The translations under genes and the position numbers were made by a program. Below the pieces are notes generated by a model. That model saw only the letters and a program-made list of their open reading frames with translations, did no database searches and was not told the origin of the DNA. A stretch of 64,000 bases of DNA from Chiloscyllium plagiosum (taxonomy: Eukaryota), in the NCBI RefSeq assembly GCF_004010195.1, contig NC_057751.1, positions 11,646,578 to 11,710,577 of the forward strand, written 5' to 3'. This document shows, one piece after another, positions 1 through 10,412 of the stretch; within the stretch, counting starts at the first letter, position 1; each line of letters begins with the position of its first letter.

Positions 1-46
1 CTTCCACCTTCAACTTTGGAAGAGCATAAGAGCCTGAGATATAGGT

Positions 47-275
47 CTACCATTCAACAGGGTTGAAGAATGTGGTGCTGGAAAAGCACAGCCGGTCAGG
101 CAGCATCCGATGAGCAGGTGTTTAATCAGATTCCTGATGAAGAGCTCATGCTTGAAACGTCGAATTTCCTGCTCCACGGATGCTGCCTGACCAGCTGTGC
201 TTTTCCAGCACCACAGTCTTTGAATGTGATCTCCAGCATCTGCAGTCCTTACTTTCTCCTATCATTCAACAGGGT
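47..275. mobile_element. Short palindromic Penelope-like (PLE) insert with TSD, nested in a CR1-type 3' tail
   Basis: Arm gtggtgctggaaaagcacagc..caggcagcatcc (~72-118) is inverted relative to ~168-213. It ends in the family terminus ...gcagtccttactttctcct. Direct repeats ctaccattcaacagggt (47-63) and ctatcattcaacagggt (259-275). Confidence 0.8.
129..167 (+). ncRNA. Minimal type-I hammerhead ribozyme motif (PLE-associated)
   Basis: gattc-CTGATGA-a-gagc(tcat)gctt-GAAA-cg-TC-gaatt: core boxes intact, stem II and stem I can pair. Confidence 0.65.
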
Positions 276-900
276 CATGGCTGAACTGAAATTCCCTACG
301 TCCACTTTCATGCCCTTTTCCACATAACCCCGGATTCCCGACTGACCAAGAATCTATCTATCTCAGTCTTAAGTATACCCAAGGACTCTGTCCACCCAGC
401 TCTCTGTGGCAAGGATTTCCCAAGACTCATAATCCTCGGGGCAGAGAAATTTCTCCTCATCTCAGCGTGACATTGGCATCTCTTTATTCTGAAACTATGC
501 TCTCTAGTTCTAGACTCTCCCATGAGGGCAAACATTCTCTCAGCTTTTACCCTGTCAAGCCCCTAAAAATCTATATATTTCAATGAGATCACCTCTTATT
601 CTTATTGAACTCCAGCCAGTAGAGTCCCAACTTATTTAGCCTTTGTTCATGAGACAATCTCTCCATGCCAGCGATCATCCTTGTGACCCCACTCTGAACT
701 GCCTCCAATAAAATTATATTTTCTTAAACAAGAGGACCAAAACTGTTCACAACACTCCAGATGTGGTGTCACCAGCACCTTGTACAGTTGCAGCATGACC
801 TCCCTACTCTTACACTCCAACCCCCTTGAATTAAGAGCCAACATTCTATTAGCCTTCCTGATTATCTGCTGCTCCTGTGTGGGAGCTTTGTCCACCCAAG
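276..900 (-). mobile_element. CR1-clade LINE 3' fragment (older family)
   Basis: ORFs 647-895 (MLQLYKVLVTPHLECCEQFWS) and 308-535 (GESRTREHSFRIK...RRNF) match the CR1 ORF2 C-terminus. Confidence 0.85.
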
Positions 901-1189
901 TTCCTCTCTGCCGTTTCTCTCCATTTATATAATCCCTGTCTCTGGATGTTTAGCCAGCGAGTTTGCAGCTTTTGTTAAAATAAAACCTCCCTTTGCGGAG
1001 AAGACCTCACACAGGACCTGGACATGAACAGAGTCCTTGTCTCGTAACTCAGCTTATCATTGAGTGCCACTGAACAACCGAGGAAAGGGGAAATAAAGCT
1101 GGATCCAGCTTTTATTTAATAGGCTTTGTGCTGCAAAGACTTTTACAAATGGGGAAGTCAGAGAGGAGGAGAAAAGTGTCTTTCAGTGT

Positions 1190-2220
1190 AACTAAAGCCG
1201 CACCCACCAGCAAGTCCAACCCCATGAAAACTTTGGTGGTTATTTGCATCCAGGACACGCCCTCGCTTCAGAAAAACTCGGTTAAAAACTCTTGAAAGGC
1301 TTTCCTCCCTACTTCTCTCCGACATCTGCAGCTCAAATAGGTTGATTAACTGGTCTTACTTGTCAGAGAGAGAGAGAAAAAAAAACCCTAACTACTACCA
1401 TTTATAGTTAACGTTGACATCCGGGTTGGGTTGGTTAGCTTTGGTGACTTGTTGTGTTCATGTAAATTTCACCCGGAAAAAGACAAGAGAGAAAGAGATA
1501 AAACTTGTGTTTAGTCTGTCGTTTGAACCCGCTGCGGAAAAAAAAGGTCGGATTTTCGGTTTTTTTGGAAGAATCTGTTGGGGAAACCAAAAAAACCGTG
1601 TTTGAGCTGCACATTTTGATCAGAGGCTTGTGCAGTGTTGCTAGGCTGCGTGCAACAGATTCCCCCGGTTCTCGCCTGGGTAAGTCGATGAATAACGATG
1701 CTTTTATTTTATCGACCTCTCCTGTGTGACAAGGGGTTCAGCTTCTTCTTTGGGGAGGGAGAAGCAAGAGCTGCGAGGTGGCAAATTGCAACCCATCCCC
1801 ACTCCTCCCCCGCCCACTGTGCTCAGTTTCAAGTGGATTAAGACACGAGTTTTCCTGGAGGGTCTTGCATCATTTCGACGGACTTCCTTCTCCCCCCCCC
1901 CATAAGTGCGTGCAGAAACCGGCTGCTCGAAGCGAGTTCGCCGGCAGCAGGGTTGTGCCTGAACCCAAAGGTGTTCCCGTCCGGGGGGGCTCAAGCAAGG
2001 AAAGGGAAAACGCACGGCTTTGTGAATTTGGAGACTTGTGACCCATGTTATTTTTTTTGGCCGTGCAATAACGTGACCTGCGTGCAGTGTCGCAGAGCTC
2101 CAAATTTGGGCGAGACGAACTGAACTGTTTTAATTTGCACTGAATATTTCTGCAGTCTGATTGGGGGTGGGTGTAGTGGTTATGGTGGTTCAGGTACGAC
2201 ACATCGTGAAACTGTCTCGA
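1190..2220 (+). promoter_or_regulatory. CpG-rich putative promoter / first-exon region of the PLEKHA gene
   Basis: Clearly the most CpG-dense non-repeat stretch in a CpG-poor window. Contains an ETS-like acatccgg (1417-1424) and a GC-box-like cacgccc (~1255-1261). Confidence 0.6.
1400..1679 (+). other. PLEKHA2: Probable non-coding exon 1 (5' boundary approximate)
   Basis: Consensus donor TGG|GTAAGT (GT at 1680-1681) inside the CpG-rich region. The ATG-bearing exon at 22803 has an acceptor and so needs an upstream exon. Confidence 0.5.
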
Positions 2221-2229
2221 ACAGGTACA

Positions 2230-2830
2230 GAAAATAACCGAAAATGTTATGACATTTATTATCGAGAGCTCTAGAATTCAAGAAGTCACGCTTCGGCTAG
2301 ACCAAATTCCTGTTAGACCCTGCTGGGGTCCATTCACTAATTCTGACCAAGACATTTACGAAGACTGTGTTGTCTTTGGAAGGAGGGTGCAGGGCAGAGT
2401 TATCAGAATGTCATTTCGCCTCAAGGGTTAAATTGCACCGAGAGCTAGCACCAACTAGCATGGTGTTGCTGGAAACCGGGAAGGTTCAAAGGTGATCAGG
2501 TCAACTTTTTCAACAAAATAGGGCTGCAGGCAAGATTCTCTCCATGCAGCTTGCTTCCGTTGGTTGGGCACTTGAGACACAGATGAAAAGTGAGAGTCAG
2601 CCCTTTTTCAATGTTGAAGGTTGGATACAATTGTACACATGAAGGGTGGTAGAAGTTTGGAGTACTTATTCACCATTGATGTCAGGTCAACTGTCCTTTG
2701 AATTTAAGAAGAGGCTCTGTACTTCTGATAGCAAGGGGATGTGGGGCGTTGGCTCACAGATTGACCGACTGTGATCTCAGTGAATGGGTGAACAGGTTTG
2801 AGGGGCTCGGCAGCCTTCTTTAGTTCCAAT
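2230..2830 (+). mobile_element. Highly degraded CR1-like LINE 3' fragment
   Basis: Residual CR1 pattern (EVTLRL..PVRP, ggagggtgcagggcagagttatcagaatg, ggtggtagaagtttgga) and a tail-like end. Confidence 0.5.
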
Positions 2831-3956
2831 GACTGTGTAACTTGTGACTGCTGATATCGGGAGCCAGCAAAAATACTTCACCACAGCATTCCGTGTGAGA
2901 CATGAAGTAACCTTCGTGCTAGACATTAGTTGAAGCCATCACACACACCACATTTTACCAAATTAGATCACAGCATCAGTCAGCAGGTATGTTTGAGATG
3001 TTTAGGAGGCAGATGAGACAATTCTTTGTCTGAAAGAGCCATATTTTGTCTGATTTTCAGATTTAAATGAGATAGTGGAAACTAGCTTTAAAACACAGAT
3101 TCTCATGTGGCAGGTGTCACCGGCATCATTATTCGTAAATTCGGTGAAAGGGCACTCAGCCCTTTCCCTGAAGCATTGTGATCCTTGAGGTACCACGACA
3201 ATGTTAAGGAAGATCACTGGCAAAAAGCTCAAATGGGAAGAGAAATCTTGGAGGCATTGGCTGTGCAATTCACTCGCTTCCAATCCACCTAATTTAGGCT
3301 GGCAGTGAAGGCCTGGAAGCTGGTCACCTGTCGTCTTGGGGACTGTGAAGATAAGGAATGATATCAACAGAAAAGGAAGGTGAACAGCAGCGTTACATAG
3401 TGAGCTATCCGGAGACATTCCCTACCACACATTGACATTTGAGCCTCTTCTGGAGATAGTGTAGCAATGAGGGAAAAGCTTGGTCAAGCAGATCAGTTTT
3501 AAGGAGCATCTCAGAGAAGAATTGAGAGGTTTATATTGGTAGCTGGCAAGGTCAAGATCCAAGCAGTTGAAGGCACACATATCAATAGTGTAACACTGAA
3601 AACCAGACATAGTCAGCGGGCCTGGAGGACCACAATATCTCAAGTTTATGGGGCTGGTGGAAATGATAGAAGGTGAGACCATGAAGAGATTTAAAAACAA
3701 GGATGACAATTTAAAACTGTTGCTTTGTTTGACCCAGATCCAAGCACAGGAGTGATAGGTAAATGGAATACGGTTCAAGCAAGGGCATGGGTAGAAGAGT
3801 TTCAAATTATCTCCAGTTTAGTGAGGTTGATTGAATCTATTTGCACTGTTTTCCAAGTACAGTATAATGCATGCTTGACTTGTAGGAATGCATTTTAATT
3901 ATATTCACAAAATATCAACAAGGGTGCCAAGTTCACCCTGACAGTATTTGGAAAGT

Positions 3957-4090
3957 AGGAGAAAGTGAGGTCTGCAGATGCTGGAGATCAGAGTTGAGAG
4001 CATGTTGCTGGAAAAGCACAGCAGGTCAGGCAGCATCCGAGAAGCAGGCGAATTGACGTTTCGGGCCGGAGACCTTCATCAGGAATGAGG
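3957..4090 (-). mobile_element. Short PLE terminal-repeat fragment with hammerhead motif
   Basis: Starts with the family end aggagaaagtgagg.ctgcagatgctggag. The reverse complement contains CTGATGAaggtctccggcccGAAAcgTC. Confidence 0.8.
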
Positions 4091-5280
4091 TCTATTGTAA
4101 TAGTGTCTGCCAGGCATGTACTTTAAACTATTATGATGTCATTACACACCAGACTTGAGCAAGAACACAAAATATTGCATTGATACCTTCAGAGGATGTC
4201 TTAATTTGCTGTGGAAAATTATACTTGCAAAAAAAAAAGTCAATAGTGCAAACAACAAGATCCCACAGGTGGGAATGCAATCCATTGCCTGTTGATCTGA
4301 TGTAGATGTTATTACTTCATGAGCATATATTTTGACCAAGATTTTTTGCTGCTTGGCACAAATGGTGCAGCAGGGTCACCTGACAGATTGTAAGAGGTGC
4401 AGTTGCTACCAATGGACTATCTTTAGCACTATACTGAAGTGAAGATTTTAGAGCCACCTTGTGCCTAATTGATAGAGCTGAACCAGTTTGATCAGTTGCT
4501 TGCATGTAATTTCACAATACTTTGATTTGTTATTAGTCACATCATTTCTGACAGCAATCTGGCAACCACACACTCAGTTACCCTCCAAGGTACCACTGTG
4601 TGTACACAGAACTAAACAGTGTTACTGTTCTGCAGGTCAGTTCTGTTTCGGTGTACTCAAACCCATGACCTCATGCACCTCAAACCAAACAGTTTGATTC
4701 TTAAAATGGTGACCTATAGAAAGCAAAGCTGTTCTTGCAGTGAAGTATTTAGAGCTCAGAGGGTGTGTACGGAGAGAAATCCACTGCCAAAAAACATATG
4801 ATTGTGTTGTGCAGTAATTTTGAAGAGTTTCCTTGTCTCAAGCAGACTGTTGAAGTATACTCTGACATCACAGACACATGACAGACTTGTCTTTTAGACA
4901 TTTTTGAATTGAAATTGTACCTTTTTTTAATCAAAGTTTGGGATTGAAAAGTAAACTGTCCTCCCTGAATGTTTATAACAATTTGGCCCATTTTGCTTGT
5001 TTAAAATTTATTTCTCTTGCTAAGTTTTCGACCCACCACTGCTGAGGATTTTGATTTGTTCATTTATCTCACCAATGCCAACATCACTAACCATAACACT
5101 GTGCGCCAGGAACTGATTTATCATTTTGGTTGTGGGGCCCAATGGCTCATCTGAGACTCATGCATATCCATTGAGGAGTAGTCAAAGGTAGGGATCCCGG
5201 CAGACTTTCTGAACATAAACCAGAAGCAAGAGAACCTAGTCCCTCCCTGAGGTCAAAAGTAGACTGGTAATAAAGCTGGG

Positions 5281-5858
5281 TCTAGATTATAGTGGTGCTG
5301 GAAAAGCACAGCAGGTCAGGCAGCATCCGAGGAGCAGGAAGGAAACATGGTAAGAAATTCATTGAGGTCATTCAACTATTGTACCTGTTGTATTCTAACC
5401 AATTTAACCACCATAGCAGATTAGATCTTTATTCATTACAAACTTAAAGCTCTGATTCCAAAATGTAGCCACATTTTACTTGACAACAGTCAGTTTCATT
5501 TTTCGTTTTTCTGCTTCCCAGTGCTTTCCTGCACTGACACAACACATTTCTTCAGCAAGTCTGAGTCACACAGGCAAAGGTAGTCCCAGCTTTATTACCA
5601 GGTAAAAATAAGGACTGCAGATGCTGGAAACCAGTGTCTAGATTATAGTGGTGCTGGAAAAGCACAGCAGGTCAGGCAGCATCCGAGCAGCAGGAAAATT
5701 GATTTTTGGACAAAAGCCCTTCATCAGGAATTTGATGAAGGGCTTTTGCCCGAAACGTCGATCTTCCTGCTCCTCGGATGCTGCCTGACCTGCTGTGCTT
5801 TTCCAGCACCACTATAATCTAGACACTGGTTTCCAGCATCTGCAGTCCTTATTTTTAC
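5281..5858. mobile_element. Complex PLE insertion: 60-bp PLE piece + inverted genomic flank + palindromic PLE
   Basis: Bounded by the 17-bp direct repeat ctggtaataaagctggg (5264-5280 and 5859-5875). See findings. Confidence 0.8.
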
Positions 5859-6119
5859 CTGGTAATAAAGCTGGGACTACCTTTGCCTGTGTGACTCAGA
5901 CTTGCTGAAGAAATGTGTTGTGTCAGTGCAGGAAAGCACTGGGAAGCAGAAAAACGAAAAATGAAACTGACTGTTGTCAAGTAAAATGTGGCTACATTTT
6001 GGAATCAGAGCTTTAAGTTTGTAATGAATAACGATCTAATCTGCTATGGTGGTTAAATTGGTTAGAATACAACAGGTACAATAGTTGAATGACCTCAATG
6101 AATTTCTTACCATGTTTCC
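5341..6119. repeat. ~780-bp near-perfect inverted repeat (arms ~385 bp, 6-nt loop at 5727-5732)
   Basis: 5341 ggaaacatggtaagaaattc... is the reverse complement of ...gaatttcttaccatgtttcc 6119. Pairing continues to cttcatca|ggaatt|tgatgaag. Confidence 0.95.
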
Positions 6120-6483
6120 CAGCGCTATATATCAGGATAACATTTCTGAGGTATTATCTGGGCTGAAGATGGAAAACCTCAACTCTCATTCCATTTTCCT
6201 AATGCCACCTGCACTTGCCTCCTTGGTTGGGAAATTTTTACACACCAACCCCACCCCATCAGTACATATGCATGCAGACACACACCTGTATACACAAAAA
6301 CATGGCACAAACACTTTTTTTTTTAAAATGGCAGTTACTTAGCAAACCTGCCTGGCCCTGCTCCAAAGTGATTCCTATCACCTCCACCCAGAGAAAGAAT
6401 CTGCATTTGGTCTTGTGTCCTGAAAGGTGCTCTGCAGCCAACCAAATACTTTTTGAAGTGTAGTCAGTGTTATAACCTCATCT

Positions 6484-6980
6484 TAGAGTCATAGAGATGT
6501 ACAGCATGGAAACAGACTCCTCAGTCCAACCCATCCATGCCGACCAGATATCCCAACCCAATCTAGTCCCACCTGCCAGCACCAGGCCCATATCCCTCCA
6601 AACTCTTCCTATTCATATACCCATCCAAATGCCTCTTAAATGTTGCAATTGTACCAGCCACCACATCCTCTGGCAGCTTCATTCCATACACACACCACCC
6701 CACTGCGTGAAAAGGTTGCCCCTTAGGTCCCTTTTATATCTTTCCCCTCTCACCCTAAACTTATGCCTTCTAGTTCTGGACTCTCTGACCCCAGGGTAAA
6801 TAGTCTTTGTCTATTATCCTACCCATGCCCCTCATAATTTTGTAAACCTCTATAAGGTCACCCCCCAGTCTCCATCGTTCCTGGGAAAACAGCCCCAGCC
6901 TGTTCAGCTTCTCCCTATATCTCAAATCCTCCAACCCTGGCAACATCCTTGTAAGTCTTTTCTGAACCCTTTCAAGTTTC
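6484..6980 (-). mobile_element. CR1/HER1-like LINE 3' end
   Basis: Starts with the tail agagtcatagagatgtacagcatggaaacag and is near-identical in reverse to the + copy at 59582-60500. Confidence 0.9.
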
Positions 6981-8729
6981 CCCCTACCATTTTCATTCTA
7001 CTTGCCAGCAGAGTAAGATCAGATGAGTAAATGCATCACCTCTAAAGGGAAGCTCAGATCGAAATGTCTGAAATTCTACTTGCAAGTCAGGAGTTACTAT
7101 AGGATGGAAGAGGTTGGATAAAGAGGCGTGGATTCAAGTGTGCAAACTTTTTCAGACTAATACCAAGAAACCATGGTATTTGATCAAACAAGTTGTCCTT
7201 TTGTAATGTGCCACTGTGTTGTGTGGTAAGCTGAAGGTTTCTGGGATATCCAAACTAAGAAATTGGCAGAGGCTGTTTTGCTTTGACGAGCTGTCAGATG
7301 GTGATAACACTAAACAACTGAGTAGAATACCTTTTTGTTTGCAAAACATAGAATGATAAGTGATTTGGCCAGGGGTTGTGCTTATATATAATTAAAAAGT
7401 TTTTAAAAACAAGTTTGAATAAACTGCATCAGGCGGCTCCAAACCTGAAAGGCAAAGGACAGGGTGATGTGAAGTGTTTAACATCAGAACCATTTTTGCC
7501 TCCATTTCAGTGAATTGTTGTTCAATCCCCCCTTCATAATTTACTTGGAGAACATGCATGCCTTTCATTATGTCAGAATTGTCAACAGATTTGAGAGGCT
7601 GAATGACTGGCTGACAGTAATTTTGTTCACAAGGGTCTGACTTTTTTTTTTACTGTGAGTTTTCTCTCCAACTGTTGCCGGGCATGTCCAAGCACCTGTT
7701 ATTCACCTGCGTGTCTGAATGGCTTGTTTGGGTGACTACGTAACAGTGGAAGCATCACAGACAAATCCCAAGTCTGTCAGTGCATGTTCAGGGACTTGCT
7801 TTCAGAAAAGAGCTTTGTGGTTAAGATAACGACAGCCTCACCTGAAATCGTACAGTACGGTATATCTGACCACGAAGCCAGCTGAGCTAACTGCTGGGGC
7901 ACATACAGTTCACTTCTTCGTGGCTGAATTGAGTTTATCATCACAGCTTGACTGGCAATAAAGGAGTGGGAGGGATGGAGAAAGGGAGGGTGGGGGGGGG
8001 CATGTCACTGTAGTCTTAAATCCTGCACAAGTTATAATTCACCCATATTGAATTCCAAATACCACCATGGCAGTTTCAGAATTCTGTTTCAATCTAAAAT
8101 TTTAATAAGAAGTTGAATCCAATTTGGAAAATAGATCAAGTTATGTTTGTAAAAGTGACTTTAAAGCTGTCAGAGAATTTGCTTTGAAAAAAGCCCAACT
8201 GATTTCCAAAGTACTGAAGGAAACCTGCTCTCGAAATCAATGTGATTCTCGTTCTTCATCATGGTGCTTCAGATTTAACTGTGCGCTGAAGTCCAAACAG
8301 CTCAGATGCATTATATTGCTTCCACTTCTTATTTTACTAATCAACCCATTCAGGTATGTTGTTTTATACTTGTGGAACAGTTGGGACTTGAACCCAGACG
8401 TCTACATACAGGGGTAGGGATACTACCAGTAAGCCACAATATTTTCACCTTCTCAGCTTGGCCAAAGATGGGAAATCTCCACTGATAATGTCTACCTCAG
8501 AAGAATAAATATTGTCTTGGAGAGCTCCTATATGCAAAGATTACTCATTATTTCCTTTGATCCTGTCCTTTGAACTAAAAGGAAATACCAACTGTTAAGA
8601 TCTTTCCAAATTTGTAATTATTTCTTTTCAGGGTTCTTGTGCTGCAGTGGTACTGCCCCTAAATCTGGACCAGGTGACCTGGGTTCAAGTCCCTCTTGCT
8701 CTAAAGGTGTGTTATAACAACACTGAGCA

Positions 8730-9200
8730 TAGATTGGATTTAATTTTCTGTGGTCTCACCCTTTCTACCTACTTTAGGCCAATGTTCCTCAGTGCCTTTG
8801 CTTAACAGAAATCTATCAATCTCCGTTATAAAATTTACAATTATTAATGCATTAATCAGTTTGTGGTGGAGAGATGCCAACTTATACTATCCTTTTGTAG
8901 AAATAAACTTATTTCCACATTTTACTTTTGCAAGATTTGGTTCGAAAGTTCTCATTTTGTCTCCAGTCCTAGACTCCAACTTGTGGAAATAGTTTCTTTA
9001 TCTATTCCCATAAGTATCTTGGAAATCTTTATGAAGTCAACCTTCAGCCTCCTAAATTCCAAGGAATACATTCTGGCTTCATTTAATCATTCCTTGCAGC
9101 TGAATCCTTGGACCACAGATTTTGTTCCAGAAATTATCCTTCATATGTTTGGGGCCCAAGCATTGTATCACTGAACCATGCTTTATAATTTGCCTGCCAT
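8730..9200 (-). mobile_element. Degraded CR1-like LINE fragment
   Basis: Resembles the minus-strand CR1 tails at 276-900 and 56360-57125 (aatctatcaatctc, gtcctagactcc). Confidence 0.5.
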
Positions 9201-10261
9201 TTCTCTGAATGCACAGTGGATGTCACAACAATGTCCCCTGTATCACCTGAGTAACACTCTTTCCTAATCTCTTCCTCCTCCACCCACCAATCCTGAAAGC
9301 ACCTACACATGATCAAATGGAGTGATATGCCATGAGTAGGGGTGTATCACTTGTACATGATGTTGGCATGACCCAAGTGACACATTACCCCTCAACTCAA
9401 AACAAAAAAGGGTTTCTCACACCTTTTTGGAGAGTGAGTGCACATGTACAGATCTCCAACCTGTTGTTTTCAAATGCTGTGTTTTTTTTTGGATGAAACC
9501 ATGGCCCTTTTAATTTTGATGGATTTTCCAGACAGTTTCCATGCATAAGTCAAACCCCATTTCATTCACACACATTCTCACACATTCACAATCAGAGCAG
9601 GTTATTTAAGAAATCATTCTTTTTAAGCTGAGTTCTTTCAGGTCTTGTAATGAGAGACCTCTCATTGTGGTTATTTTCTGGACCTTGTTAACAATTAGTG
9701 TCACAGAAAGCAGCAATTGTGTGGCCAGTGACAGCTGCAGGGAGATGACACTTTAGGTCAATGAAGAAATACATCCAATTCTCTCGCAGCAGAGTCACGT
9801 TTTATTTTCCCCTTCAGGAAGGCATGGAAAGGTGTGGATCCCACATTAAAGCAGCCTTATATGAAAGCTGATCTTCTCCCTGCCAGCCCTGTGGGTTTTG
9901 CAACCAGGCTTTGTAGCTTTTTCAGTGGGTTGCACTGTTTTCTCTGTGGCTTCTCATGAAATCCTGTTGCTGTTGCTGCTGCTTTCACTTCAATGATGAC
10001 ACTGGTTGTTTCATCTTGGTTGTCCAGATTGGGCCAGATTTGACTGGTAACTTGTTTTCTTACACATCCCCTGATGGCTGTACCTTGTTTCGACAGACTT
10101 CCTTGACTTGTCACGCAGTTTGTGTTGCCAATTTGTCTTTTGGGTCCCAAGGAGAGAGTCAGCAGCATGGAATTTCTTTCTCATTGCAACGTTACTTTCA
10201 GCCATGAACTTGAGCCTTTTGGTCACCTTTCTTAATATATCACCTGCAGCTCAGTGAGTAG

Positions 10262-10412
10262 TTAGAACATAGAACATTATAGCGCAGTACAGGCCCTTTG
10301 GCCCTTGATGATTTCACAGGTTGGTGCAACATTCCGAAGCCCATCTAACCTACACTATTCCATTGTCATCGATATGCCTATCCAATGACCATTTAAATGT
10401 CCTTAAAGTTGG
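10262..10412 (-). mobile_element. CR1-type LINE extreme 3' tail
   Basis: agaacatagaacattatagcgcagtacaggccctttggccc. The same tail type recurs at 56466-56662. Confidence 0.65.

Noticed and set aside
1414..2202. Overlapping 60-110 aa ORFs in the CpG-rich region
   Set aside because: No recognisable domain, mostly non-ATG starts. Expected in GC-rich promoter DNA.
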